The notes: generated by a model not told the origin, from the sequence alone. A stretch of 64,000 nt of DNA from Vicugna vicugna (GCA_013265495.1 MU057651.1:372001-436000); one strand, 5' to 3'; shown: positions 1 to 13,749, numbered from the stretch's first letter. Program-made: numbers and translations.

Positions 1-116
1 CAAAATGCAGATTATAGGTACCTCCTAGGGTTTTTTTTTTTAGTGAGAATTAAATGAGAGAATGTCAGCAAAGCACCTAGCACAATGTCTGGTACATGAA
101 CTAGGTGCTCAGTATA
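1..116 (+). mobile_element. MIR SINE 3' fragment
   Basis: gtgagaattaaatgagag...aaagcacctagcacaatgtctggtaca resembles the MIR 3' end. Confidence 0.7.
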
Positions 117-669
117 GGACAGGTCCTTCCCCCATCTCTTATCACTGCATTCTAGGCACAAACTGGAACTATCTCCTGTTGTGAAAGGATTTGACCCAAT
201 AATTCTACTTCTGATATTTTATTACAAGGAACCCCCCCAACCCCGAAGAACAGAAACCATCTTGTGGTCAAGGATGTTAACAGTAAAAAACAAACAAACA
301 AACAAAAGACCAAAGTAAAGCAAAGCAAACAAACAAAAAAACTCAAATGTCTAACAGTGAGAGAATGCTATTTATTAAAAATGATATTCATGAAGACTTC
401 TAATAAAATAGTGAAGTGTTTCCATTATAGTATTACGGTAATAAAATTTATATATATGGTTCTATATACAACTATATTAAATATGTTAAAATATTTATAG
501 AAACAATACTGAAATGAAATATACCAAAATATTAATGATGGTTGCCTGTGGGTGGAGAATTATGAGTAACTTTAAAAAAAATTTCTACCATGCACATAAT
601 GACTTTTATACTACCAAAATAAAATTTAGTTTAATTACAGAGTAATTTTTAAAAAAACTTCTTGGAGAA

Positions 670-1040
670 TACTACACAACAAGAATGCTCTACAACTACA
701 CGCTACAATATAGATGAATTTCACGAGCATAATGTTGAGCAAAGGAAGCCAGTTGCAAAAGAGTACATAGTGCATACTTCAACTTTTAGAAAGTGAAAAA
801 TCAAGCAAAACAAATCTGTGCTATCAGTAATCAGGATAGTGGTGACCCTTAGAGGGAGAGCAGATAATAACCTAGGCATCTGGCTCCTTTTGCTCAATAT
901 TACATGTGTGAAATTCATTGTGTATGGAGGAGATGGGTAGTAACTGGAAGGGGCACAAGGGAGCTTCTGGGATCCGGTAATGTTCTCTTTCATCATCTGT
1001 GTGCTAGGTGTGCTCACTTTGTCAAAATTTATCACCCTAA
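670..1040 (+). mobile_element. Ancient L1 (L1ME-like) 3' UTR fragment
   Basis: atgaatttcac...aatgttgagcaaaggaagccag and actggaaggggcacaagggagcttctggg are typical old L1 3' UTR motifs. Confidence 0.7.
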
Positions 1041-1093
1041 TGAATAGTGTTATACTTTAATAGAAAATACAAAATAGAATGGATGGGTGGATG

Positions 1094-1102
1094 GATAGAT
1101 AA

Positions 1103-1151
<49 letters not shown>

Positions 1152-1176
1152 CAGACAGATAGATAGAAAGATAGAC
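1094..1176. repeat. (GATA)n microsatellite
   Basis: Tandem GATA/GACA units seen directly. Confidence 0.97.
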
Positions 1177-2214
1177 AATGTACTGAGTGAATGCAAATTA
1201 TCATCGGTGCCCTCCCTATCTGAAGGAGTCATCTTTAAGAACAAAAAGAAAAGCTTGATTTGGCCACAAGATGGCGGCATTAGTTGCTTGGAAATCAAAT
1301 TCCAAGATGCTCTTTAGCATATTTTTAAGAGCCAAATATTTGGTGTATTGTCTTAGAAGAAGAGAACTTAGAGATTCTACAGTCCAACTTTCTCTGATTT
1401 TCCACGTGAAAGAAATAGAGCCGTATCAGGACGATTTGTCCAAGATCACAGTGCTGGTTAGAACAAGACCTAGATTGAAAACCCAGGTGCCTGGGCTATC
1501 AGCTTGCTTTGCCACACTAGAAATGCATAGTTTCAGCTGTGATTCCTTCCTACTATGCTCTGGAATAAGATGTTTGTCAAGAAGTGCCTCTCCTTTTATG
1601 ACTCCAGAAAATAGAAGTTTCAAATGGAATGAAAAATTCACAACTAGAATTGGCAGTATTGAAAGGCTGCAGTGTGAAATTTCCTTATATGGTTATTTTA
1701 AAACATCATATGGCCAAGTCTGCCTGAGCTGTCTTAGGTTTCTACTTCTTTAAATGTGAAGGATAGACCAGACACCCTCTCTGTTTTTTCTTTCTTCTCT
1801 ACCTCTCTTTGTTTCTTTATTTTCCCTCCCTCCTTCTCTCCCTTCCTTCCTTCCTTTCTCTTATCTGTGTTTGAAACAGAAGAGCCACCAATGCGTCTCA
1901 GAACCCAAAACTCAAAATCAAATGCAATGGCTTTCTTGAACAGACCAGACCTCGGCTCTGTGTCAAGATTCATTTGTCATTGTTGAAAAGGACTTGCAAG
2001 GGAGAGCCCATGTGGCAGAAGAAAGTGTCAAGCTGAGATGAAAGATTTCTGTTCTTATAACCTGGGCCTTTGGAGAGGCTCCTTGATGAATGAGGACATC
2101 AGCAAGCAGAGGAGGAAGACCATCAGCAGACTCCAAGGTATGCACAGAAATCTTTGATAACCTCTAATTGAAAGATGGGCTTCTTATACAGGGGCCAGGT
2201 TTATTCAAACAAGA

Positions 2215-2414
2215 GGATGTGGTGTGCCCCCACAGGGAACATTTGGCCATGTCTGGAGACATTTTTGGTTGTCACACTGGGAGGTGGCTGCTTCTGGATT
2301 CTAATGGGTAGAGACCAGGGATGCTGGTGAACTTCCTGAAATACACAGGAGAGCCCCCACAGCAAAGAATTACTCAGCCCCAAATGCCAATAATGCCAAG
2401 GTTGAGAAACCCTG
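2215..2414. mobile_element. MER20 (hAT-Charlie non-autonomous DNA transposon)
   Basis: cagggaacatttggccatgtctggagacatttttggttgtcaca...gccaaggttgagaaaccctg. Confidence 0.85.
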
Positions 2415-4114
2415 CTCTATTAAAATTAGATCCCAGTGAAATAATGTAGCACTTTGGAAAGTCTTTCTGACTTGTCATGCAAGCCAGATACAAAAAAAAA
2501 AAAAACAAAACCAAAACAGAATAATACTACCACCACCACCACCACCAAAAAAAACCCCAGAGAAACGCAAATAAATCAGACAATGTATAATTCCAGGATG
2601 AGGGCCCTAGAGAAATGATGCAGTTCCATTTGGGATAAATCCATATTTTATAATATAGTTTTGCTTTTTAATTTCTTCTAAGGCCAGAAGCTTTCAAACC
2701 AGTTCTTAAAACATTGAGTGCTTGTGTGCACTGGAAGGTCACAGTCCTGGTTCACCAAGGGGACTCCCCAAGGTCTAAGTTAAAAGGTAAGGGAGTCAAC
2801 CTTAGGCTGACATTTCCTTCTCTGCTCTCTTTCTAAAATGATGACAAAGGAATTTGAATCTGAATCTCCTTTGAAAGAACTGCTAAACATTTCCTGGCAT
2901 CACTCACATTTTGTATATGAGCAAGATCATTCCTGACACCTCTAAAGAAAACATGATTGTCAGCCTGTCCTGCGGCCCACTGAGTCCAGACTCCAGCTGC
3001 TCCCAGTCCTACCCCTAGCCCTGCTTATTGTCACCAACAAGTATAAAGGACACAAGCAGAAAAGCTCATGAGAGGTAAGTTTCAGGTTACCAGAATTCTT
3101 GATGGCTGAGAGAAGTGTTCTGGTTTATTTATTTTTCTGGGTAACTTAGGTATAAACAGAAAAGGCATTGTTTTGATTCCTGTGGCTGAAAATCTTTCTA
3201 ATGTGGGTGTCTCTTTTCTAGGAAGTTAGGGAAGTAAGAGAGCCTAGGGGACGAGGTTGAAGCAGATGTTTCCATGGCCTTAGCCATTGTCTTGCTCATC
3301 AGTGACCACTACTCAGGCCTGAAGATGGTAACTGGAATAGAAGAACTTTAGTAAGTAGTCCAGTCCCTCATTTTACAAATGAGGGAACTGAGTTCCAGTG
3401 AGGGAAGTGAACTGTTTAAGATCACAGAGATGGAAAGGCTTAGAACCAGCTTCAATGTAAGCATATATTTTCTAAAATTGGGAAGGAAAATAATCTTGCT
3501 TAAGTTGAAGGTCCTCACTAGCATAAATAGAAAGCATAAGTTTCCGTTCTTCATCTACTTCTTCTGTAAGTACCAGCCAGAACTCTACTGACAAAGTAAA
3601 GGATTGAAGCAATTTTCTGAATCATTTGGACTGAAACCCCATTGCATAGCTATAGCCTTTAAATATATGTGGTGCGGCTATAAAGCAATGTGACCGGTTT
3701 CCACAAACCACACAAGAAAACTGGGCACATTATTATATATTCATACTGCATGCTCTGGATTTTCCATGAATACAGGGGACAGGAAATCCAGAAATAACCC
3801 CCAAACTTGTTTTGGAGCCAATTTCTACCTCTACCTTCCATAAACCTTTTGCAAAAAGCCACTAAGGAGAAGCAAAATAGACTTAGCCATGCCATCACAC
3901 TTCTTCTCTTTTCTCTTGTACATATTTATTTCATCATCTCCTGGTGCTAATACCAAGGCAAGTGGCAAAAGTTCAACAGGAAGGGGGAATATAAGGAGAT
4001 GGCAAATGAAAAATAGTTATGGAGTAAAAGACGCAAATGACAGAACACTGATTGTGATACTTACACTTCAAGGAAAAAAGGATTTGTTGGCTTCTCCCAC
4101 TACTTATGCCCAAT

Positions 4115-4268
4115 AGCATCGCTACTCAAGGTGTGGTCCAAGGACCAACGGCATTGGCATCAACTGAGAGCTTGTTACAAATGCAAAATCTTAGGTCCTC
4201 ATGGCACATCTCAAGTTAAACGAGATCCCCAGGTGATTTGTGTGCACAGTAAAGTTTGTGAGGCACTG
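4115..4268. mobile_element. MER5-family MITE
   Basis: ctactcaaggtgtggtccaaggacc...gagatccccaggtgatt...aaagtttgtgaggcactg. Confidence 0.75.
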
Positions 4269-4967
4269 ATGGAGAGTATGGTGAAAGTAACTCTGGATTA
4301 AGACTTGGAAAACCAGAGTTCTCTTCCTGCTTCTGCCACTTAACTGGTTTAAAAAATTTATCCAAATCACTTCCCCTTTCTGGGCTTCAATTTTCTCATG
4401 CGTATAATGAGGAAATTGAACTAGAAGACTTCTGAGGGTCTTTATGCCTCCAATTTCTAGGATTCTAATTAACAGTGGACAACTGAATTTGGGTGCTTCT
4501 TTGGAAATACCTCAACTTCCTTCAGCTCAGCAAAGTTTATGATTGAAAACCCATGTGGTAAGACATGGGCTTCCTCAGTCATTTCCGACTCCTTCTTTCA
4601 GTTTGCACCAAACTCCCTGGCCCTTCCAAAAATTCTGAGATGGAATGGTTATGATTATCACCATTCCCAGTTTTTCAGAGTGAGTCCATATGAAGCAACC
4701 GGAGAGGACAGCTGTGCTGGTGGTGGGAGGAACGAACCTTTGTGGCCATCCCCTTGGAGCTGAAGCAGACAGAGGTAAATTCTCCGAATAAAGAGAGCTA
4801 GGGACAGATTCAGAAGCTGATCCCAGTCCACCTGGCTGTTCTTTCTCACAAAATCACCTAAGAAGTACTAATTTACCCTCAGTGTTTCTTTTTCTTTTTC
4901 TGCTCATCCGTCTTCTGTACTAGGTCCAGTTGGCTCTATCTCTACTTATTATTTGGCCATGGGCTTA

Positions 4968-5852
4968 TTTTTTTTTTAATTTCTGTTATTTTATTTTAAA
5001 CTGAATTATAGTCGATTTACAATGTGCTAATTTTTGGTGTGCAGCATAGTGATTCAGTTACATATATATTCATTTTCATAATCTTTTTCATTATAGGCTA
5101 TTACAAATTATTGAATATAGTTTCCTGTGCTATACAGTAGGATCTTGTTGTTTATCTATTTTATATTTAGTAGTTAGTATCTACAACTTCCAAACTCCCA
5201 TTTATCCCTCCCCACCCCCTCTCCCCCTGGTAACCATAGGTGTGTTTTCTGTGTCTGTGAGCCTGTCTCTTGTTTGTAAATAAGTTCATTCGTGTCCTTT
5301 TTTAGATTCCACATTAAAGTGAAATCATATGGTATTTTTCTTTCTCTTTCTGACTTACTTCACTTAGTATGACAATCTCCAGGTCCATCCACGTTGCTGC
5401 AAATGGCATTACTTTATTCTTTTTATGGCTGAGTAGTATTCCATTGCCTGTATATACCACAACTTTTAACCCAGTCATCTGTTGATGAATATTTAAGTTG
5501 CTTCCATGTCTTGGCTATTGTAAACAGTGCTGCCATGAACATTGGGGTGCATGTATCTTTTTGAATTAGAGTTCTCTCTGGATATTTGCCCAGGAGTGGA
5601 ATTGCTGGATCATATGGTAAGTCAATTTTTAGTTTTTTGAGGAATCTCCATACTTTTTTTGATGATGGCTGCACCAAACTACTTTCCTACCAGCAGTGTA
5701 GGAAGGTTCCCTTTTCTCCACATCCTCTCCAGCATTTATCATTTGTGAACTTTTTAATGGTGGCCATTCTGACTAGTGTGAGGTAATACCTCATTGTAGT
5801 TTTGATTTGCATTTCTCTGGTAATTAGCAATATTGAGCATTTCTTCATGTGC
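4968..5852 (-). mobile_element. 5'-truncated, relatively young L1 (ORF2 C-terminus, 3' UTR, polyA)
   Basis: Minus ORF 5423-5677 [25 protein letters not shown]...TCTPMFMAALFTIAKTWKQ is the L1 ORF2p C-terminus; poly-T at left; degenerate TSD catgggcttattttt / catgaccttagttttt. Confidence 0.93.
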
Positions 5853-5999
5853 ATGACCTTAGTTTTTAAAATGAGCTAAAATGAGGTGGAAGAGAAGCAT
5901 CACCACAAAGCCAGGGTTGTGTTCTATAGAAAGCCAGAGATTTGGGTAGTGTGTCTTTGTCCCTCAAACCTGAACTAACCATCTTTAGACCCTAATTAA

Positions 6000-6525
6000 G
6001 TACTTGTTCCAGTAACAATTGCTGCATAATAGACCGTTCTAAGCTGAGTGGTACAAAAACAATTTTATTATGTTCATGGATTCTGTGGTTCAGGAATTTG
6101 GGCAGAGCCTCACTGGGTGACTCTTTTGCTCCTTTGGTGTCAGTTGAGGGCACTCAGGGTACTTAGGTAATGGATGAGATGGCTTTCCTTCCATATCTGG
6201 TGCCTTGGTGGGAATGGCTGAAAGAGTGTAAAAACAGACTGTAGCCTGGTATGCTACCTGGGCCTTCTCCAGCGTGGCAATCTCAGAGTTATTTAACTTC
6301 TTAGGGGGCAACTGACTTCCTCAGAAAGATTATCATAAAAGAACCAAGTGGAGGCTGCATGGCTTTTTATGAACTAACATCAGAAATAATATAGTGTCAC
6401 TTCTGCTGTTTTGGATTAGTTGAAGCAGTTACAAGGCCACCTTGATTCAAGGAGAGGGAACATAGACTCCACATCTTGATTGGGAGTAGTTTCAATGAAT
6501 TTGTGGCCATTTTTAAAAACCTCCA
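6000..6525 (-). mobile_element. MLT1 (MaLR) solo LTR
   Basis: attgctgcataa...ggattctgtggttcaggaatttgggcagagc...gattcaaggagagggaacatagactccacatcttgat. Confidence 0.8.
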
Positions 6526-7164
6526 GAGTACACAGGAGATTAAATAGCACTAAGCAAACACTCTTTATTCAATCCTGTATTGGACCATGTATGCTGCCAA
6601 GGACTCCTTTTTCCCATCTTGCAGGGGACCCATACAAGAGGGCAAGCTTAGAGGATGCTGAGGATGCTCTTTGGTCCTTCTCGCCATGGCCCATACCATA
6701 TCTTTCATCACTGGATCTTAGGACTAAAAGGAGGAAGTAAGTGAGGCCATAGGAAAAAGCATTCTACCCTTCCCTCTGTCTCTCTCATCACGCCTCTCTT
6801 TTTTAAAAGACCTAGATGGCTAAGCCACCCACTCTCTGTCTCCTTTCCCTTGGGCTACACCCTGGTCCTACTCAAATTTCCAAGAGCTGGGGAATGGTGT
6901 CTTACTGCACCAGCCCTCTGGGATCAGAAAGCATAAAAAGAGCAAACTATGCGGAAAAGAAGGGCTCCAAGAGAGCCAAAAGAAAGCAAGGGTTTGTTTG
7001 CCTTAAGCCAGTTCTATTTATATTTCCTATACTCCACCCTAGCAGGGTGGTCTAATTGTGTGGCTCTGTGGACTCCAGAACTTCATTTTATTCTTGATCC
7101 ACACCAGAGCTCTTACTCTGAGTGGGAAGAAGGAGTTTCAGTCTCCTACTTCTCTCCCTGCCAA

Positions 7165-7575
7165 GAATTACTGTGTATGCCACTCCGCTAGTGTGGATCG
7201 CTTACTCTGTGCCAGTCACTGGGCCACTTTACACTCATATCGTTTAAGCCTCACAACAGGCCTATGAGCTGTATAATATTTTCCTTGAGTCATAGGTGAG
7301 AAAACTCAAGGCTCAGTTGAACTGAAGTAAATTGTTCCAGCTCACACTGTTAGTATAAAGCAGACCTTAGATCACAACCAAGGCAATCTGACCCCAAAGC
7401 CTGCAAGTGGCCATCTCTCAGTGTTTCTCTCAACTGAGCAAGAGGGACAGTAGCAGTTACCATAAAGCTATAAGAACACTATATATAGAGTTAATAAGAC
7501 TCTCACTCAGGGGTTATGTACAACTAACTGGGATAAATAATCAATATCAATAAATAATCAATTGTTTAAGAAAGG

Positions 7576-7621
<46 letters not shown>

Positions 7622-7880
7622 GTAACTAACATTTACCAAAAGCACACAATGTGCCAGGAACTAATGAAACATTTTACCAACATTAATTTGTAAATTACTC
7701 ACAACATCCTGGGCAGTAGATACTCTTATGATCACATTTTATAATTGAGTAAAAGGAAGCATAGAGAAGGTAAGTGACTTGACTGAAGTCTAACGGTACG
7801 TAATTGACATAGCAACGATTTACACACCAGCAGCCTGACTCAAGAGTCTGTGGTTTTAACCATTATGCAGTACTACCTCT
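7165..7880 (-). mobile_element. Two MIR copies with an (AAT)n tract at ~7579-7621
   Basis: MIR core motifs cctcacaacaggcctatgag and gcatagagaaggtaagtgacttg; AAT tandem repeat. Confidence 0.7.
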
Positions 7881-8956
7881 CTTGATTGTATCTGCCCATG
7901 AAAGTTGAAATCATAGAAGTTATTAATCTTTCTAGGAAGATGAATATGTAGCCTACCCTAGAGGTACAGAGTATTAAACATCCAAGAGCTATTTTGGTTA
8001 AGGTCTTGCATCACTGAAGAAATTTTTTTTTTGACTAGCTCAATGGCAGGGCTTTGCACATAGTAGATGCTTAATAACCATTTTCATTTCATCACTTTCA
8101 TGTTAGACTTATTTTATTCAGTTATCCTACTCTAGGAGCTTTAAGATTGTATAAGCCAGAAAGCTAAATAAAAACAAATCTTTTCATTTCTGCTCGAATT
8201 TGTTGAACGTCATCAGTGCATGAGACTGTGTGCTAAGCATTTTGGGGAACACAAGATAGAAATCAGATACTGATAGCTTCCCCAAAGTTCTTGGTTTGGG
8301 GTGGATCATTATCTGTAAAAGAGACCTCATCTTACTATTTCTTGTGTCTTTGTATCACTACTATTTTCCTCTAGAAAAATTATTTTTCTATATCTGATTA
8401 CTTAATCCTGGAGCTCTTAGGTTGTCATCAGTCTTGTTTCAGACTCCTATCCCCGCTATTTATTTAGGTATGGTCCCTCACGTGGAGATGTCTCTCTGCT
8501 TCACCGTATCTCACCCATCATGCCTGGAGAATTGCAGCTGCCAACCAGCTTATTAGGTGACTGAGCACAAAAACTCAATATGGCTGCATCTTGGCTTTTC
8601 TTTCATGTGGTCCCTTCAACAAGTGCTGACCCATCAATTTACCACATCAAGTACATACATCTCTCTGATTTTCCAAGTCATATATATATATATATATATA
8701 TAGCCTCATCCTAAATAATCCACCAACTCTCCTTGCTCCTATGTAAAGATCTTCTGTCAGGCAGACAGGTCCCTGTCCCCAGGAATAATACTATATTCAT
8801 TCCCACCTCCTTGTTGTTTGTTTTCTGAGTCCTCCCTTCCTCCTGCTACCATTAGTGCTTGTACCAGCCAAGCTAACACTTATGGAATTTTTGTAATAGG
8901 CACCCATTATTTCATGTATCAGCTTTGACTTCTCGATAGATATAGTACTATTTTGG

Positions 8957-9750
8957 TTTATAATAAAAAAAATTTATATATATATATATGGGCTTCATTC
9001 CCACTTCTGGCACAGAGCTCCTAAAACTCTTGGAATTTCCTAAGTGATGAAAATAATAAAGGCGTCTTCTGTTATGTTAATGAGGTGACTTTTAGACTCC
9101 CACCTAAAGATGGGGGCTGGTTGCCAGGAGAACCAACCAGTGATCAGAGGGTTGGAAATTTTAGCCCCACCCCCTGACCTCTAGGGAGGGGAGAGAGGCT
9201 AGAGATTGAATCAACCACCAATATCCAGTGGTTTAATCAATCATGACTATGTAATAAATCCTCCATAAAACCCCAAAATGATGGGTTGGTGAACACGTGG
9301 AGATTTGGGAAAGTGGTGCACTTGGAGAGAGAACAGAAGCTCTGCCCTTTCCCTATACCTTGCACTATGCATCTCTTTTATCTGGATGTTCCTGAGTTAT
9401 ACCCTTTTATATTAAACCGGTGATCCAGTAAATAAAATCTTTCACTGAGTTCTGTGAGCTGCTTTAGCAAATTAATTGAACCTAAGGGGGATGGTTGTTG
9501 GAACCTCTGATCTAGAGCTGGTTGGTCAGGTGCACAAGTGACAACTTGGACTTGTGATTGCCATCTGAATTGGGGGAGGGGGACAGTCTTGCAAGACTGA
9601 GCCCTTAACCTATTCGATCTGATGCTATCTCCAGGTGAGATATCTCTGGGTCAGAGTTGAGCTGAATTGTAAGACACCTTGCTGGTGTCCAAGAATTGCT
9701 TGGTGGTGTGGGGGACCCCCTCATACACACTTTAGAATTGCTGACCAAAA
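8957..9750 (+). mobile_element. MER21-family ERVL solo LTR
   Basis: ctggcacagagctcctaaaactcttggaatttcctaagtgat...ctgagttctgtgagctgctttagcaaattaattgaacct...gactgagcccttaacct. Confidence 0.82.
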
Positions 9751-9933
9751 CACCCTATTAATTGTCGCTGCTCTTTTTCTGTTTTCGTATCCACCTTGAT
9801 TCTTCCCTGTCCCTTCAAAAACTTTTTATTCTGTGTCCCATCCCCACAGAGCTTAATCAATTTGGGGGCAGTGATGATGAGAGTGACTACTCTTGGCTTG
9901 GTTCTGTCTATCTAAACACAGAGATGCAACAGT

Positions 9934-10074
9934 GGGGAGAGTATTGCTCAGTGGTAGAGCAAATGCTTAGCATGCATAAGGTCCTGGGTTCAATCCTCAG
10001 TACCTCCATTAAGACAAATAAATAAGCATAATTACCCCCCCCCCGAAAAAGCAAAACAAAACAAAACAAAACCC
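9934..10074 (+). mobile_element. tRNA-Ala(AGC)-derived SINE, camelid Vic-1-like
   Basis: Head ggggagagtattgctcagtggtagagcaaatgcttagcatgcataaggtcctgggttcaatcc with A/B boxes, C-run and (CAAAA)n tail; TSD cacagagatgcaa at 9917-9929 and 10075-10087. Confidence 0.9.
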
Positions 10075-10244
10075 CACAGAGATGCAAATATATAAAGCTG
10101 TGTTTCTTTCCCTCCTTGATCTACAATCAAAGATACTATTGATTTACTTACTTCTTCTTACTTCTTCAGCCCTATGGTCCTTGTGTGAAATAACAGTGGC
10201 TGTCACACTGGAGGACTGAAAGAGTATAGGGCAATGTAAACATA

Positions 10245-12855
10245 AATCTGGTCCAGGAAGATGGAGTTGACATATTTTTTTCCCATTCCTCCCACCAAAT
10301 ACTGTTAAAAACCCTAGACATTATATATAAGACAACCATGCAAAAATTCTAAAAGGTTGAGTAAAGAATGCAGACTGCTTAGGGACCTCAGGACCTGAAG
10401 AATGATACACTGGTCAGTTCCCTGAGTTTTCTTTTTAGCTTATATTTCTCAGACTTAAAGCTGAAGAAGCCAGCAACCCAGAAATATCAATGGGTATAGA
10501 AAAAAAAGCCCAACAATGAAAGCCTGCTTTCTCTAGGCAAAGGACCAGGAAAGGGACAGCTTAGTAATGTATAAAACATTCATAAAATAATTGTTCTACT
10601 CCAGTCAAGCACCACTGAAAAAACCATGACCTCATCCCCACCCCCACCAGCAAAGGCCAAGTGCGTAGTATAGACTGCTGCCTTGCAAGGCTGTCATGAA
10701 CACCTATAGGATTGGTCAAAGTATAGAGCTGAGACTTTCATCCCCACCAGGCAGTAATGAGCCCTCCTTCCACGATGATGTCAGGGAGACCACCTGGAAG
10801 GCCTGGACTTCCATGCCCACAAGCAGTAGCAAGTTGTTCCTTACATTCTCTACTAGTGTGGTATCAGAAGAGACCTAGTGGGAAGTAAAGAAACCATGCC
10901 TAACATTATGTCAGTTGAAGCTGCGTGGAGAGCCAGAACTCCCACCCCTGCACAGCAGAAATGAGGAGCACTTCCCTAACTCGGATGTCAACAAAGGCCA
11001 AGTGGCAAACTTGAATCCTATGCCCACTAATGAGGTGGCACTCTCTCCTTCCCCAACTGGAATGGTGTCAAATAAAGTCAACTTAAACAGAAAGTTTAAA
11101 TAAGATTCATAGACTCAGAACATAATATGAAAATGTTCATGTTTTAATTGAAAATTGCTCATCATGACAAGAACCAGGACTAGGTCAAACTGAATGAAAA
11201 AAGACAATCAATAGATGCCAACACTGGGAAGATAGAGGTGTTAAGATTATTTGACAAAGATTTTAAAGCAGCAATTATAGAATCACTCTAAAATGTAATT
11301 GTGAAGCCTCTCGATTCAAATAATTTTTCAAAAGAAAAGCCTCAGCCAAGAAACAGAAAATCTCAGGAATTAAATAGAAGATATAAAGAAGAACCAAATG
11401 GATATTTTGGAATTGAAAAATACAGTAACTGACATAAAAAGCACCATTGCATAGGCTCACGAGCAGAATGTGTTGGATAGAAGAAAGATTCAGTGAACTG
11501 GGAAATAGTACAATAGAAATCACCATCTGAACAATGAAGAGAAAAAAGACTGGAGAAAAGAAACTCAGAGACATGTGGGACTATAACAAAAGATCTTAAA
11601 TTTGTGTCATTGGAGTCCCAGAAGGAAAGGGGAACGAGATCAGGGCCAGAAAGTTACTTTAAAAAATAATGACTGAAACCTTCCTAACCCAAAGTAATCT
11701 ATGCCAAGATACATTATAATTAAATTAATGAAAACTAGAGAAAGAAAAATATTTGAAAAACAGCCAGAGAAAATGATGCCTTACCTATAGGGGAAAAACA
11801 ATTAGAATGATATCAAATTTCGTATCAGAAATACTGGAAGCCAGAATGAAGTGGCACAATATTTTTCAGGATCTAAAAGAAAAAGCCTGTTAACCCAGAA
11901 TCCTATAAATAGCAAAAATATCCTTGAGGAATGAAAGAGAAATGAAAACATTTTCAGATGGAGGAAAATGAAGAGAATGCCACCAGGAGACTTTCCGTAA
12001 AAAAAGTGGCTAAAGGAAGTTCTCTAGAAAAAGGAATGCCAAGAAGAAGGAAAGAAAATAATGAAAAATGTGTGTAAATACACTAAACTTTTCTTGTTCC
12101 CTAGTGTTTTCTATATTATATTTGATGGTTGAAGCAAAGATTATAACACTTTTTGATGTGCTTTCAAGTGTATGTAGATGAATTAAAGGGAGAAAGGGGA
12201 GATAAGTTTTCTATACTTTATATGAACTAGTGTAGTAAGTTATGTATATATAGCATAGAATCTAGAGCAGCCAATAAAAAAGCTATATAAAAAGATATAT
12301 TCAAAAACACTGTAGATAAATCAAAATGTAAAGGGATTAAACTCTACAATTAAAAGATTAAATTGTCAGAATGGATGGATTGAAAAAAAAAACATGATCC
12401 AACTGTATACTGTTACAAGAGACTCACGTTATAGTCAAAGACTATTGAAACACACAACCTGGATGAATCCCCAGAGAACTGTGCTGAGTGGGAAAAAGCC
12501 AATCCCAGAGGTTACACACTATATGCTTCATTTATATAACATTCTTGAAATAACAAAATTATAGAAATGGAGAACAGATTAATGATTGCCAGAGGCTGAG
12601 TGGGTGGATATATGAAGGAAGTGGATGAGGCTATAAATGAGCACTCATGAGGGATTTTTGCAGTGATGGAACTGTTCTCTATCTTGACTGTATCAATGCC
12701 AATATCCTGGTGATGATATTGTACTATAGTTTTGCAAGATGCTACCATTGGGGGAAACTGGGTAATGGTTACATGAGACCTCTCAGTATTTTTTTTTCTT
12801 ACTACTGCGTATGAAATCTACAGTTATCTCAAAATAAAAAAATAAAATTAAAAAA
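10245..12855 (+). mobile_element. Old L1 (L1MD/L1MC-like): 5' region, decayed ORF1, start of ORF2, 3' UTR; ORF2 internally deleted
   Basis: A-rich ORF1-like remnant ~11100-12050 (aacccagaatcctata...gcaaaaatatcctt), endonuclease-start motif ~12325-12442, then 3' UTR (gatgctaccattgggggaaactggg) and A tail. Confidence 0.8.
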
Positions 12856-13749
12856 ATCAGAAAGCATAGAAAGAAAATAATTCTGGATGGAAATATACTA
12901 TGTCTGGGTGATTGTATTATTGCTGAATTTATTTTTCCTTTGGGCTTTAAACGATTTTTGAATTTGTCTACTGCGAACTGCATTATTTGTATATTTTTTG
13001 GGGTTATTTGTGCAGGTGCGTGGGGATCATCAAAATGGTTTTTCCTTCCTCCCTCTTCTTCTAACCCCTTCCCTCAAGACTCACAGGTTACTTAAGCAGC
13101 CAGCCTACCAGACTCTCATCCCACCCCACATCACCACATCCCTGTCTATTTAGAGCTTGCTATAGAGTCTTTCTTGCACCTACCTGGGATCAAAGCCTGA
13201 CCTTAAGTATAGGATCTGTGAATGGATTTCAGATTTCAATCTAGGGAAAGGACAAGGATAGAATTTGGAAGATTCACAGAGGGAGCATGAATCCCTTTGT
13301 TACTTCCCTGATAAAATACTCAGTACATAGCCTAGGAAATGAGAGGAAGGTTCCTGCTATATGGCTGTGCTTGTTTTTTTCTGTTTTTTTTTTTTTCTTT
13401 TTGCACTCACCCACACAGCTTTACAGATGAATCCAGAAATAGGCACCTGGCTCCCTTTTCTCCTCTAGAAATGCTGATTCTTGTCTTCTGAGGAATGAGA
13501 GCCTACCTCCTTCCTAAACAATAAATCAAAGCCCTGAAAATCATTTGAAAGACATTTTTGTTTTGCCCTTGATTAATTTATTTCACCTTGTTCTTACTCA
13601 ATGCTGAAAGCATGGTGTGCTTCAGTTTTAAATGAGAGCTGCTGGCTTGGATTCATGAAGGATCTTTTATGTTACTTTTTTTTTTTGAAGTTAAAAATTT
13701 TCCAGCATTTTCTTGTGAAGTTAAATTTTTTCCAGCATTTTCTTGTGAA

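Noticed and set aside
1271..1753. 160-aa ORF starting in a good Kozak-like context (aagATGG)
   Set aside because: Overlaps a MIR remnant, no recognisable domain, no CpG island or evident exon structure.
9934..10008. Possible tRNA-Ala genes here and at 14936 and 60881
   Set aside because: Mismatched stems, shared non-tRNA body, A-rich tails and TSDs indicate SINE copies.
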